Source of the DNA: an uncultured delta proteobacterium
GTDB taxonomy: Bacteria; Myxococcota_A; Polyangia; Fen-1088
Assembly (NCBI GenBank): GCA_963737265.1
Contig: CAVTRY010000011.1
Location: 448,001 to 512,000 of the forward strand
Direction of reading: 5' to 3'
Length of the DNA stretch: 64,000 nucleotides
Shown: positions 51,154-60,456 of the stretch, piece by piece
How the letters are laid out: every line of letters begins with the position of its first letter
Position numbering within the stretch: position 1 is the stretch's first letter
Position numbers and translations under genes: made by a program
The notes under the pieces: model-generated
Told to the model about the DNA's origin: nothing
The model's database searches: none
What the model saw: the letters and a program-made list of their open reading frames with translations, nothing else

Positions 51154-52845
51154 CTACTTCCCTCGCGTGTCCACGAATTCAAACGCCGGCAATTCCCTGA
51201 TCCCGTACGCGGTCAACGCAAAGTCATCGAGCCCCGCGAAGTCGCGCTCGCGAAAGGCCTTCTTGATCTGTTTGCACAGTGATGCCGACAGACTGTCCGG
51301 TGCTGGCAGCCGAATGCGGCGCAGGTACTGGGCCTGGAAGCGTAGATAGCCGCCGCGCATCTTGACTGCGTAGGACCACACGAAGAACAGTGCCACGCGC
51401 GAACTAAGCAGGCCGCCGAGAACCTCCAAGTCCCATTGGTCGGAAGTCACGAAGTACAGGTTGTGATGCGGATGGAACTTGCCTTCGTCGTAGGCAACCT
51501 CGTTTGCGCCCGCGATGTCGGGAATGAGCAGCTTGGGCGTGCCGACGAGCTTGGGGTAGACGCGGTCGATGGTACGAAACCAATTGGCCGGCGCTTTTTG
51601 GGCCACGTGCCGTTTCCGAACAGCAGGCATATTCGCCTTCAGATAGCGGGCCAGCTTGGGGTAGTCAGCGAGATTGACCACGCCACCCTCGTCCCGAAAG
51701 GTGTTGATGACGTACCGGCGGGCGTCGCGAATTCGCCCCTGGTCGATTTCGTCCCGCATGACCAAGGGCACCAGCCGCTCTGTTTCGATGTCCGCGTCCT
51801 TGCCCACAATGAAGACGGCGTCACAGCCCGTGGCCACGCCGATGCCCACGTGGGCGACGGCGTCCTTCTCAATGGGGGCGAATTTACCCTCCAGCAAGCG
51901 CAGCGTTTGGTTCTGTTCTGGGGAGGTCACAATCCAGGGTGCGTCGCCCCCGAACCAGGTTGGGTAGGATTCAACCTGGCTGTTGTCACCCGACCCGCTT
52001 CCTTGAACCGCTGCACGGATAGCTTCGCACTCTATGGAAGTGCCGGTGGTCATCCGCGCCACCACGACTGGACCGGCCGGCTCGCGGCCAATGGAGAAAA
52101 TGGCGGGATACGCCGACACCTCGGACTCGAAGGGCGAGGCCCGGTGCAAATCGACGTAACACCGGACGTGATAGCGCTCGGCGATCAAGCGTCGCAAGGG
52201 GGCGCCGTAGCGATTGAGCGTCCACCGATCCGCGCACACGTACGACAGCACCCCGCGCGGACCGAGAAGCTGGAGGCCGCGCTCGATAAAGGCCACGTAG
52301 AGATCGGCCCGGTCGTAAATCGACTGGTAGCGCGCGCGATACTCGGCTTGCAGCGCCGGCGCGATCTGTTCAATGCGGATGTAGGGAGGATTGCCGACCA
52401 CAGCATCGAACTGTCCTTCGCATGGCACGAGTAGGAAATCGCCCTGCCGGATCCAGGTCTGGGCCAGCTTGGAGGCGTCGGAGCCGCTCGCCCCGTATCG
52501 CCGAAGGACTTCAGCGACAGCGGAGCGAGAAATGGCAACATGGTCTTCGTCGATATCGAAGGCGTGCACGCAGGCCGCCAGTTTGTTTGGCTTCACCCTC
52601 GCGGCTTTGGCCGCCTTCATAAGTCGCTCGACGGCAGGCACCAAGAAGGCCCCGTGTCCGCAGGCCGGTTCGAGCAGCCGCATTTGCGCCAGGTCTTGGT
52701 CGCGCGAATAACCCGCGAGATCGAGGATGAGCTCTACGATATGGGGCTTGGTAAGGACCACGCCGTGAACCTCGCCCGACGAGCGCTGCCCATAGTCATA
52801 GGCCTCTTTCGGGAAGGTGATGGGGAGATTCATGGTGAGCTGCAT
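51154..52845 (-). CDS. Type II N6-adenine DNA methyltransferase (M.PaeR7I/M.XhoI-like, gamma class)
   Basis: LEPACGHGAF motif I, GNPPY motif IV, TaqI-like C-terminal TRD (KLLIPDI, PHHNLY, MRGGYLRFQAQYL). Confidence 0.92.
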   Translation of the reverse strand: MQLTMNLPITFPKEAYDYGQRSSGEVHGVVLTKPHIVELILDLAGYSRDQDLAQMRLLEPACGHGAFLVPAVERLMKAAKAARVKPNKLAACVHAFDIDEDHVAISRSAVAEVLRRYGASGSDASKLAQTWIRQGDFLLVPCEGQFDAVVGNPPYIRIEQIAPALQAEYRARYQSIYDRADLYVAFIERGLQLLGPRGVLSYVCADRWTLNRYGAPLRRLIAERYHVRCYVDLHRASPFESEVSAYPAIFSIGREPAGPVVVARMTTGTSIECEAIRAAVQGSGSGDNSQVESYPTWFGGDAPWIVTSPEQNQTLRLLEGKFAPIEKDAVAHVGIGVATGCDAVFIVGKDADIETERLVPLVMRDEIDQGRIRDARRYVINTFRDEGGVVNLADYPKLARYLKANMPAVRKRHVAQKAPANWFRTIDRVYPKLVGTPKLLIPDIAGANEVAYDEGKFHPHHNLYFVTSDQWDLEVLGGLLSSRVALFFVWSYAVKMRGGYLRFQAQYLRRIRLPAPDSLSASLCKQIKKAFRERDFAGLDDFALTAYGIRELPAFEFVDTRGK

Positions 52846-52851
52846 GGAAGC

Positions 52852-53586
52852 CTACTTGATGGCGGCCAGGTAGCCCGCAACGTGACCCGCGAAACTGGCG
52901 AGAAAGCGCTTCATCGTCAGATCTTCGGCTGGCTCCGCGAAGTCACCCCGGACGCCGCCCTTCTCTGTAGAGGTTAGAAAGGTCGCCGCGTCGTAAAGCT
53001 TCTCGTACACCAACTTGCGCAAGAGAAGCTCGTAGCGACCGGCGCAGGAGGCGGTGGAAAACTCTGAGAACACCTTGAAATGCGGCTCGGCCACTGCCAC
53101 CGGACGAGTTGAGCCAGCGCATTCTTCGAGGAGCATCACCCAACCGAGCCACGGGCGCGGTCGTCCCTTGCCATAGGCGCCCTCCCGAAATGCAGTCCAC
53201 AAGTCGGTGGCGGTCCCGAGCGCCTCCTCGGTGCGGTTGTTGAAGTTGTTCCCGAAGGATGGGCCACGTTGCGACTTGAATTCCACTGCGGCCACCAGGT
53301 GACCTTCATGCGCCACCAGCATGTCCCACTCTTTCGTCGGCCTAAAGAAGCCTGGGATTTCGCGGTCTGCGCGCATGTAGATACCGGCCTCTCCAAGACC
53401 GTTTTCGTGCAGGACCCAACGGGCCAACTCGCAGAATCCGTCCATATGCTTGCCGCCAGTGGCTTCCGAGCGGCGCCCGTGGTCCGTCCCGGCTTTCTGT
53501 CTGCTCAACTGGGCAGCGCGCGTTCCCCAGTAGTGGGCGACGGCTTCGCGGAGACGGTCTTCGAAGGGTGGCAGAACGATGGGCAT
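52852..53586 (-). CDS. PaeR7I/XhoI-family type II restriction endonuclease
   Basis: TGGKHMDGF, PGFFRPTKEWD, EFKSQ.GPSFGNNFNNRTEEALG. Confidence 0.93.
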   Translation of the reverse strand: MPIVLPPFEDRLREAVAHYWGTRAAQLSRQKAGTDHGRRSEATGGKHMDGFCELARWVLHENGLGEAGIYMRADREIPGFFRPTKEWDMLVAHEGHLVAAVEFKSQRGPSFGNNFNNRTEEALGTATDLWTAFREGAYGKGRPRPWLGWVMLLEECAGSTRPVAVAEPHFKVFSEFSTASCAGRYELLLRKLVYEKLYDAATFLTSTEKGGVRGDFAEPAEDLTMKRFLASFAGHVAGYLAAIK

Positions 53587-53766
53587 CCGGCGACGAATCA
53601 TGGCAGTTAAGGTTATCGGCGCATAGCCGAAAAAGGTGCGTGCGGAAGGCACGCTCGATGAGCGCTCCGGATGGGCATGGCGACCTCCGGTGCCTCGGGA
53701 TGTCCGCCGCTCTCCCTCCGCTACGCCCGTGCCGCTTCCAGCGGCGGCAAATGGTAGTATTGCCGC

Positions 53767-54188
53767 GTGACCATCGAGGAACTGACCCGCGCGCTCGGCC
53801 AGGCCCTGCAGGGCGGCCCGAGGTGCGCCTGGCGCTGCTCTTCGGATCGTCGGTCACGAGGGGATTGGAAAACGCCCGCGACCTCGATGTGGCGGTCGCC
53901 TTTATGCGGTCCGTCTCCTTGATGGAACAGTGCCGCCTCGGCGAACACCTGGAAAAGGTCGCCGGTCGCGAAATCGATCTCGTCGATCTGGACAGCGCCT
54001 CGACCCTCCTGCGCGCGGAGGTCGCACGCCACGGGGTTTTTCTGTGGGCCAGGGATCGGCGCGATCTGGTGGATTTCCGGGCGCGCGCGCCGCTTGAATT
54101 CTTCGACTTGCAGCCCTACCGCGAACGCGAGGCAGAAGGACTGCGCCGGATCTTGGAGGCGGCAAGGTGGTCCAGCTCAACCTCGTGA
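53767..54188 (+). CDS. MNT nucleotidyltransferase antitoxin (MntA-like); 1-nt frameshift near 53810
   Basis: LFGS-x10-DLDVAV, IDLVDL; natural GTG start at 53767 is out of frame by one missing G in CAGGGCGG. Confidence 0.85.
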
Positions 54189-54595
54189 GAGACAAGATCG
54201 TGCGCTTGCGCGACACCGCAGCGGCGCTACGGTCGTGTCTGCCTGGCACGGCGACTTCCATGACAACGAGTCGCGACGTTCGCGACCTCGTGTCCTTTCG
54301 CGTTTACTTGGCCGTCCAAGAAGCCATCGACCTTTGCTCGCATGTCATCGCCGACCGGGGCTGGGGCCCGGTCGCCAGCTTGCGCGACCACTTCACGCTG
54401 CTGGGCAACAAGGGCGTCCTGCCGACCGAGCTGGCTGGACAGTCTGCCACCGCCGTCAAAGTGCGAAACCTGGTCGGCCATGGTTACGCCGACGTGGATC
54501 CGGAAAAGATGCGCGAAGCTGCCGCCATCCTGGTGTCGCTTGTCGATCCATTCTGCGACGCGATCTTGGCCTTTGCCGGGACACACGCGACCTGA
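54167..54595 (+). CDS. HEPN/DUF86 RNase toxin (HepT-like)
   Basis: RNLVGHGY (Rx4H plus the adjacent Tyr), AVQEAIDL; overlaps the MNT gene. Confidence 0.92.
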   Translation: MVQLNLVRDKIVRLRDTAAALRSCLPGTATSMTTSRDVRDLVSFRVYLAVQEAIDLCSHVIADRGWGPVASLRDHFTLLGNKGVLPTELAGQSATAVKVRNLVGHGYADVDPEKMREAAAILVSLVDPFCDAILAFAGTHAT

Positions 54596-54628
54596 GCGCG
54601 AGAAGTCGATCGCGCACAGCCAGAATTT

Positions 54629-56878
54629 CTAACAACAGCGGCTTGGGCCGTGCGGGTTGTCGTATTTGTCGGCGAGGGTTTGGCTGAGCGCCTGGTCGGG
54701 CGGGAGTTGCGTGCGGGCGGCGGCGGCTTCGCCGGAGAGCTCGCGCACGAGGGCGCCCAGAATGATCACGGCCGGGCCAAGTTGCCACCAGGCGCGCCGA
54801 GCTTCCGACTCGATGACGGTCTTGGGCAGCCATTCCGGCGAGGTTTCGTGCAAAAGCGCGGATTTTCGCCGCAGCAGAACGAGCGCCCATTCGCGGAGGG
54901 AAACCGCCAGGATGGCCACGACCAGGACGAGAAAGAGCCCGGCCACAACGGCGTCGAGACGGCTATTGAAGATGAGAGCGCGGGTGGCGGCGACCTTGGC
55001 GGCGGGAATCTTGCCGGCGGCGAGTTCGGCGCCAAGCTTGCCGGCCATGGCGAGAAAGCCGATGCGCGGATTGGGATGGGCGATCTTTTCCATGCCGGCG
55101 GTGAAGGTGACCGCACCCAGGGCGACCAGGGGCAGTAGCACGACGAGCGACAAGCGCGCCCGCCCCGCCTTGATCAAAATGGTGGTGCCCAAACACAGCG
55201 CCACGCAGGCGAGCAATTGGTTGGCGATGCCGAAGAGTGGCCACAGCGAATTCACGCCGCCCAGGGGATCCTTGACGCCGGAATAGAGAAAATAGCCCCA
55301 CGCCCCGGCGAACAGCAGGCTGGCGCCGATGTTGGCGGGATAGAACTTGGTGTCCCCGGCGCGCCTCCAGATGCGGCCACCGAGCTCTTGGATGAGGAAG
55401 CGGCCGATGCGCGTGGCCACGTCCACTGTGGTCAGAATGAACAGCGCCTCGAACATCAGGGCGAAGTGGTACCAGAGCTTCATGGCAGCGTCGCCGCCGA
55501 TGATGGCGCGGAAGATGCTGGCCATGCCGATGGCCAGGGTGGGTGCGCCGCCGGTGCGCGCGAGAACGCTCTTTTCACCGATGGCGCTGGCGAGCGCATG
55601 GATCTGGTCGGCGCCGACCGGGAAGCCCCAGGCCGACACCGCCCGCGCCACGGCATCGGGCGCGCTGCCCACCAGGCCGGCGGGGGCGTTGACGGCGAAA
55701 TACACGCCGGGGTCGAGCACGCAGGCGGCGATCATGGCCATGATGGCGACGAAGCTTTCCAGGCACATGGCCCCATAGCCGACGGAACGAATGGTGCGTT
55801 CGCGGGTAATCATCTTGGGTGTGGTGCCGCTCGATACCAGCGCATGGAAACCGCTGATGGCGCCGCAAGCGATGGTGATGAAGCAGAACGGGAACAGGCT
55901 GCCCGACACCACCGGGCGCATGCCGCCGGTGAAGCTTGAAGGATTGGTCAGCCAGGGCATCTTGATGGGCGGCAGAACGACCACGATGCCAATGGCCAGC
56001 AAGATGACGACGCCGATTTTCAGGAAGGTCACGAGATAATCGCGCGGTGCCAGCAGCAGCCACACCGGCAACACGCTGGCGGCAAAGCCGTAGACGATGA
56101 GGCAGACGGCGAGCTTCTCTTTGCTGAGCGTGAACATGGGCGCGAGCGTGGGATGGTGGTTCACGGCAAAGCCCGCCAGCAGCGACACCGCGAGGAACAC
56201 GACGCCGATGGCGGTCATCTCCATCACCTTGCCGACGCGCAGGTAGCGCAGATAAAGGCCCATGAGCATGGCGAACGGCATGGTCATCCCCGTCGTGACG
56301 ATGCCCCACGGACTTTCCGCCAAGGCGTTGTCGACCACCAGGGCGAGGTTCGCGACCAGAATCACCAGGATGCCCAAAATGGCGAACATGGCGATGGTGC
56401 CGGCGGGTCCGCTGACTTCTTCGCGCACCATCTCGGCCAGGGATTTTCCGTCGCGGCGGACCGAGGCGAAGAGAATCACGAAGTCTTGCACCGCCCCGCC
56501 GAGCAGGGCGCCGATGAGGATCCACAACGTGCCGGGCAAGTAGCCGAACTGCGCTGCCAGCACCGGGCCGACGAGCGGTCCGGGGCCGCTGATGGAGGCG
56601 AAGTGGTGGCCGAAGAGGACGAGCTTGTTGGTCTTGACGAAGTCGCGGCCGTCGTCGTGCACCTCGGCGGGCGGGGCGCGCAGATCGTCGAGCATTAGCA
56701 CCTTGGCGGCGATCCACTTGGAATAGAAGCGGATGCCGATGGCGTAGCTGCATAGGGCGGCGACGATCAGCCAGGCGGCATTGAGGGGCTCGCCGCGGCG
56801 GAGGGCGATGACCGCGTAGGCGGCGGCCCCGAGAAGAGAAATCAAGGTCCAAAGAATCGTTCGTGCAACGCTCTTCAT
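54629..56878 (-). CDS. cstA: Carbon starvation protein A (CstA) transporter with C-terminal YbdD/YjiX-like extension
   Basis: GHHFASISGPGPLVGP, LPVWLLLAPRDY, ITIACGAISGFH, WPLFGIANQLLA; tail ends ..KYDNPHGPSRCC. Confidence 0.95.
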   Translation of the reverse strand: MKSVARTILWTLISLLGAAAYAVIALRRGEPLNAAWLIVAALCSYAIGIRFYSKWIAAKVLMLDDLRAPPAEVHDDGRDFVKTNKLVLFGHHFASISGPGPLVGPVLAAQFGYLPGTLWILIGALLGGAVQDFVILFASVRRDGKSLAEMVREEVSGPAGTIAMFAILGILVILVANLALVVDNALAESPWGIVTTGMTMPFAMLMGLYLRYLRVGKVMEMTAIGVVFLAVSLLAGFAVNHHPTLAPMFTLSKEKLAVCLIVYGFAASVLPVWLLLAPRDYLVTFLKIGVVILLAIGIVVVLPPIKMPWLTNPSSFTGGMRPVVSGSLFPFCFITIACGAISGFHALVSSGTTPKMITRERTIRSVGYGAMCLESFVAIMAMIAACVLDPGVYFAVNAPAGLVGSAPDAVARAVSAWGFPVGADQIHALASAIGEKSVLARTGGAPTLAIGMASIFRAIIGGDAAMKLWYHFALMFEALFILTTVDVATRIGRFLIQELGGRIWRRAGDTKFYPANIGASLLFAGAWGYFLYSGVKDPLGGVNSLWPLFGIANQLLACVALCLGTTILIKAGRARLSLVVLLPLVALGAVTFTAGMEKIAHPNPRIGFLAMAGKLGAELAAGKIPAAKVAATRALIFNSRLDAVVAGLFLVLVVAILAVSLREWALVLLRRKSALLHETSPEWLPKTVIESEARRAWWQLGPAVIILGALVRELSGEAAAARTQLPPDQALSQTLADKYDNPHGPSRCC

Positions 56879-56921
56879 GAGGGATGGAGGCGGCCGGGAT
56901 GGCCAGGCGAAAGTCTAGTCC

Positions 56922-57348
56922 TCACTTTGCGCGCGCTCCAGACTCCTCGCCGCGGGCGCCGATGGCTTTGCGAATGGCGGCGAATAGGTCCGAGGAATCG
57001 AAGGGCTTTTGCAGGAAGTGCTCGGTCAGGACGGGTTGTTGGCGCGTGGCCAGGCTCGAACTGATCGTAGCCGGACATGAACAGCACGGGCAGCCCGGGC
57101 CGCAAGCTGCGCACCCGTTCGATGAGCTCCTTGCCGTTCATCTCGGGCATGACCACGTCGGTGATGAGCAAAGCCACGGGGTAGGTCAGCACCTCGACCG
57201 CTTCGATGCATCGGCGTCCGCTGTCCACGGCGATAACCCGGTAGCCGTTTCCGCGTAGGGCGGCTTCCATCGACCTGCGCACCAGGGCGTTGTCTTCAAC
57301 GAGCACGAGCGTCTCCTGCTCGCTCGGTTGTGGGATTGGAAAAGACAC
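56922..57348 (-). CDS. Single-domain response regulator; 1-nt frameshift near 57060
   Basis: LVEDN, LLITDVVMPEMNG, FMSGY, then FLQKPF in the shifted frame; span is 3n+1. Confidence 0.85.
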
Positions 57349-57433
57349 GGCTCGCGGAGCATACCATCGTCGAAACGATCGTGATGATCCATGGACAACC
57401 GTGGGGCGGCCGCCGTAGGTTCTAGGCCTCGCC

Positions 57434-58639
57434 GTGAATTCCACCCCTGATGTTCCCGTCGATGTCGCCGTGCTGGGCGCTGGTATCAGCGGGCTTTCCT
57501 TTGCACACCACAGCGCGCGCGCCGGACTGCGCACGCTGGTCCTCGAGAAAGCCGCCGCTCCCGGGGGCAGTATCCACACCGTGCGCACGCCCGAGGGCTT
57601 CTGGCTAGAGCTGGGCGCTCATACGCTTTACAACTCCTACGGAGCGCTGCTGGAAGTCGTCGCGGCGCTCGGTCTCGAGGAGCACGTCTTGCGGCGCCAG
57701 AAAGCACCGTACCGGCTTCTCATCGAAGGAAGACTGCGTTCGGTCCCGTCGCAACTCGCGCTGGGTGAATTGTTCGCGTCGGCATGGCGCATCTTCAGCG
57801 AGCGCAAAGACGGCCGCACCGTCGGTGACTACTACGGCCGACTGGTCGGCAAACGCAACTGGCGGTGCGTCTTCGCCCCGCTGCTGTCGGCCGTGCCCTC
57901 GCAGCGCGCTGACGACTTCCCGACCGAGATGCTGTTCAAGCGGCGTCCGCGTCGCAAGGATTTGCCGCGCAGCTTCACCCTGGAAGGCGGCCTGAACACG
58001 TTGATCGAACGGATCGTCCGCGCCGAGGGCATCACGGTGCAGGCGAATCGTGGGGCGCGCGCCATCAAGCGCACCGAGCGCGGTTTTCTCGTCAGCACCA
58101 ACGACGGCGCCAGCGTCGAGACGCGCAACCTGGTTTTGGCGCTGCCGCCGGATGCCGCCGCAGGCCTGCTCCTTCCCATCGCGCCCGGCGCGTCCGCGGT
58201 CCTTGCGCGCATTCGCATCGCCTCCATTGACTCTACTGGCGTGGTGATTGCCAAGCGCGACCTGTCCATCCCTCGCCTGGCCGGGCTCGTCCCGGTGGAC
58301 GACATCTTCTTCTCGGCGGTCAGCCGCGACGTGATTCCCGATGATCGCTTTCGCGCCCTCGCCTTCCACTTTCGCACCGGGCTCTCGCGCGACGAGCGAC
58401 TCGATCACATCGCCGCCGTGACCAAGACCACGCGCGCAAGCTTCGTCCACGTCGCCGAGCACGCGACCTCCCTGCCCTCGCCCGGCCTCGGCCATGCCGA
58501 TCTCGTGCGCGCCATCGACGAGAGCATCGCCGGCTCGCGCATCTTCATCACCGGCAACTACTTCGGCGGCCTGGCCCTCGAAGACTGCGTGCTGCGCTCG
58601 GTGGCCGAAAGTCGGCGCCTGGTTAGCGAGTGTAGATGA
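57434..58639 (+). CDS. FAD-dependent oxidoreductase (protoporphyrinogen/coproporphyrinogen oxidase-like)
   Basis: GAGISGL..A, LEK...PGG.I.T, LELGA, GNYFGG..LEDC. Confidence 0.8.
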   Translation: MNSTPDVPVDVAVLGAGISGLSFAHHSARAGLRTLVLEKAAAPGGSIHTVRTPEGFWLELGAHTLYNSYGALLEVVAALGLEEHVLRRQKAPYRLLIEGRLRSVPSQLALGELFASAWRIFSERKDGRTVGDYYGRLVGKRNWRCVFAPLLSAVPSQRADDFPTEMLFKRRPRRKDLPRSFTLEGGLNTLIERIVRAEGITVQANRGARAIKRTERGFLVSTNDGASVETRNLVLALPPDAAAGLLLPIAPGASAVLARIRIASIDSTGVVIAKRDLSIPRLAGLVPVDDIFFSAVSRDVIPDDRFRALAFHFRTGLSRDERLDHIAAVTKTTRASFVHVAEHATSLPSPGLGHADLVRAIDESIAGSRIFITGNYFGGLALEDCVLRSVAESRRLVSECR

Positions 58640-59756
58640 CGATTTCCCGGTTGTTGTCGGACGTCTTGCGCGCAATCGCGATCTTGTTTCCGCCCGCCGA
58701 CCACGGATAGGGCTGCTTGTCCGGCAGCGGGATCTCGCCGATGACGGTTACCTTCGCGCTCGCGGGATCGAGGCTGAAGAAATCGAGGGCAAAGCGTGTC
58801 GACTCGTTCATATCGCCGCGCTTTTGCCCTGGACGATCCGCGAGCAACGAGAACACCACCTTGCCGCCCAGCTGATGCTGCTCCAGCGACGTGGGATCGT
58901 AGTCTTGCTTCGGTACTGTCAGATCGATGGCACGAACCTTCTCGCCCGGCCCCACCAATTCGTACCCCTGCTGGCCTTCGGCCGGGACGATGACCGCCGG
59001 CAGATCGGGCTTCTCGCCCCGCTTGCGAACGTAGTCGAGAAAATTATCCAGCTTGGGGGGCGTTTTGCCCGGCCCCGTCTTGCCGCTCTTGATGTCGTAG
59101 AGCGCAAATTGCGGCGGTTGGCGCACGTCGGTCTTGCGGTTGTAGGCGCCGGGTTTCTCGACCATCGCGGCGAAATGGCTGTTGGTGAAACCAAAAAATG
59201 TCGCCCCGTCCAGCCCGGCAACGTTTCCGGCACTGTCGACCACCAAGTCGTGCAGCATGAGTGTCGATCCGTCGGGCCGGTAGGCCTGAATGCTGAAACG
59301 CCGGTTGCCCCCCGGTTCGGTCCTCTCCGAATAGGCCACGAATGCCTTGGGCGACGTGGAAATTTCACAAGAGTCGAACGACTCCGTGGTTCGGCGAATC
59401 CTGCCGCTGGAATCCACGATGGCGGCCCGGCGCTGGCCTTCGTTCGACACCACGAACCAGTAGCCAGCCAGTCCAAGAATCTTTTCCGGCGTGGCCGAGA
59501 AGCTGGCGATGTCGGAAACATGTTGCTTGCCCCCCGGCGGCCCGACGAGAAACTGCACGGCGCCCTTGGCGGTGAACTGGATGGTGGCCAGCTTGCCGCC
59601 GGTTTCGTCGAGCGCGAAGGCGTCGTGAAGCGTGCCTCCGCTGGCGGTAACCTTCCCGGAAGGCTTTAGGAGCTTGGGCGCTGCCAGAAGGGGGCCGCTG
59701 ATTAAACATGAGAGCGAGAGCGCGGACAGCGAGAGGAAGGTCATGCTGCGCTTCAT
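58623..59756 (-). CDS. Hypothetical secreted protein (possible beta-propeller)
   Basis: Signal peptide, beta-rich repeats. Confidence 0.7.
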   Translation of the reverse strand: MKRSMTFLSLSALSLSCLISGPLLAAPKLLKPSGKVTASGGTLHDAFALDETGGKLATIQFTAKGAVQFLVGPPGGKQHVSDIASFSATPEKILGLAGYWFVVSNEGQRRAAIVDSSGRIRRTTESFDSCEISTSPKAFVAYSERTEPGGNRRFSIQAYRPDGSTLMLHDLVVDSAGNVAGLDGATFFGFTNSHFAAMVEKPGAYNRKTDVRQPPQFALYDIKSGKTGPGKTPPKLDNFLDYVRKRGEKPDLPAVIVPAEGQQGYELVGPGEKVRAIDLTVPKQDYDPTSLEQHQLGGKVVFSLLADRPGQKRGDMNESTRFALDFFSLDPASAKVTVIGEIPLPDKQPYPWSAGGNKIAIARKTSDNNREIVIYTR

Positions 59757-59826
59757 GGCGCGCATCTTACGTCCATGTCGGAAGAATTCGTCAAGCCATT
59801 CGCGCCCCAGTTTGCCAACCCGTTGT

Positions 59827-60404
59827 GGGTGCCTCCCTGAAACGGGGGCCCCAGCCGGGGGCTCGGTGAGGTAGCAACTTCTGGCGGAGTGCCGCCGAAA
59901 ACGCAGATATGGAACAGCGAGGAACGGAGAAACAGAGACAGGATGACTTTACTGGGCAAATTATCGCCGCCTGCATCGAAGTCCACCGTCACCTCGGTCC
60001 CGGGCTGCTTGAGTCGGCCTACGAGCACTGCCTGGCGCGCGAGCTAGGCCTGCGTGGATTTCGCACGCAACGTCAGGTCGCGATTCCTCTGCAGTACAAA
60101 GGCATTGACCTCGACTGCGGCTATCGCCTCGACCTCATGGTGGAAGGCCGTTTGGTCGTCGAAGTCAAGGCGGTAGAGCAGTTGCTTCCTGTCCACTTGG
60201 CACAGTCATTACCTATCTCAAGCTCCTACGACTGCCGGTGGGCCTGCTCGTCAATTTCCACGTCCCCGTACTTCGCGAGGGTCTCCGCCGCCTCGTCAAC
60301 CCAACCCGTGATTCCTCTGGTCCTCCGTTCCTCCCTGTTTTTCCCTCCGATCCCACCTGCGCGGGGCGAGGTGAAGCCACAGCCCCCATTTCAGGGAAGC
60401 ACCC
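59827..60404. mobile_element. 578-bp non-autonomous mini-element (MITE-like) carrying a GxxExxY gene
   Basis: 23-bp TIRs GGGTGCCTCCCTGAAACGGGGGC / reverse complement GGGTGCTTCCCTGAAATGGGGGC (21/23); perfect 9-bp flanking direct repeat ACCCGTTGT at 59818-59826 and 60405-60413; no transposase. Confidence 0.8.
59909..60312 (+). CDS. GxxExxY protein (PD-(D/E)XK nuclease fold); 1-nt frameshift near 60205, 3' end uncertain
   Basis: EVHRHLGPGLLESAYEHCL, YRLDLMVE..VVEVKAV, then (shifted) TYLKLL..PVGLLVNF..LREGLRRLVN. Confidence 0.9.
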
Positions 60405-60456
60405 ACCCGTTGTTCGGATCTGTGTATCGGGACGAGACACGGCTACAATAGTTCCG

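Noticed and set aside
54629-54640. Selenocysteine read-through at the CstA RCC tail
   Set aside because: Codons are TGT TGT TAG; there is no in-frame TGA.
15317-58477. KOPS (GGGNAGGG) polarity around dif
   Set aside because: By-eye hits fall in both orientations on both sides (15317, 31134, 58470 fit; 16403, 17063, 24534, 48262 do not), so they give no support. The lineage may use another motif.
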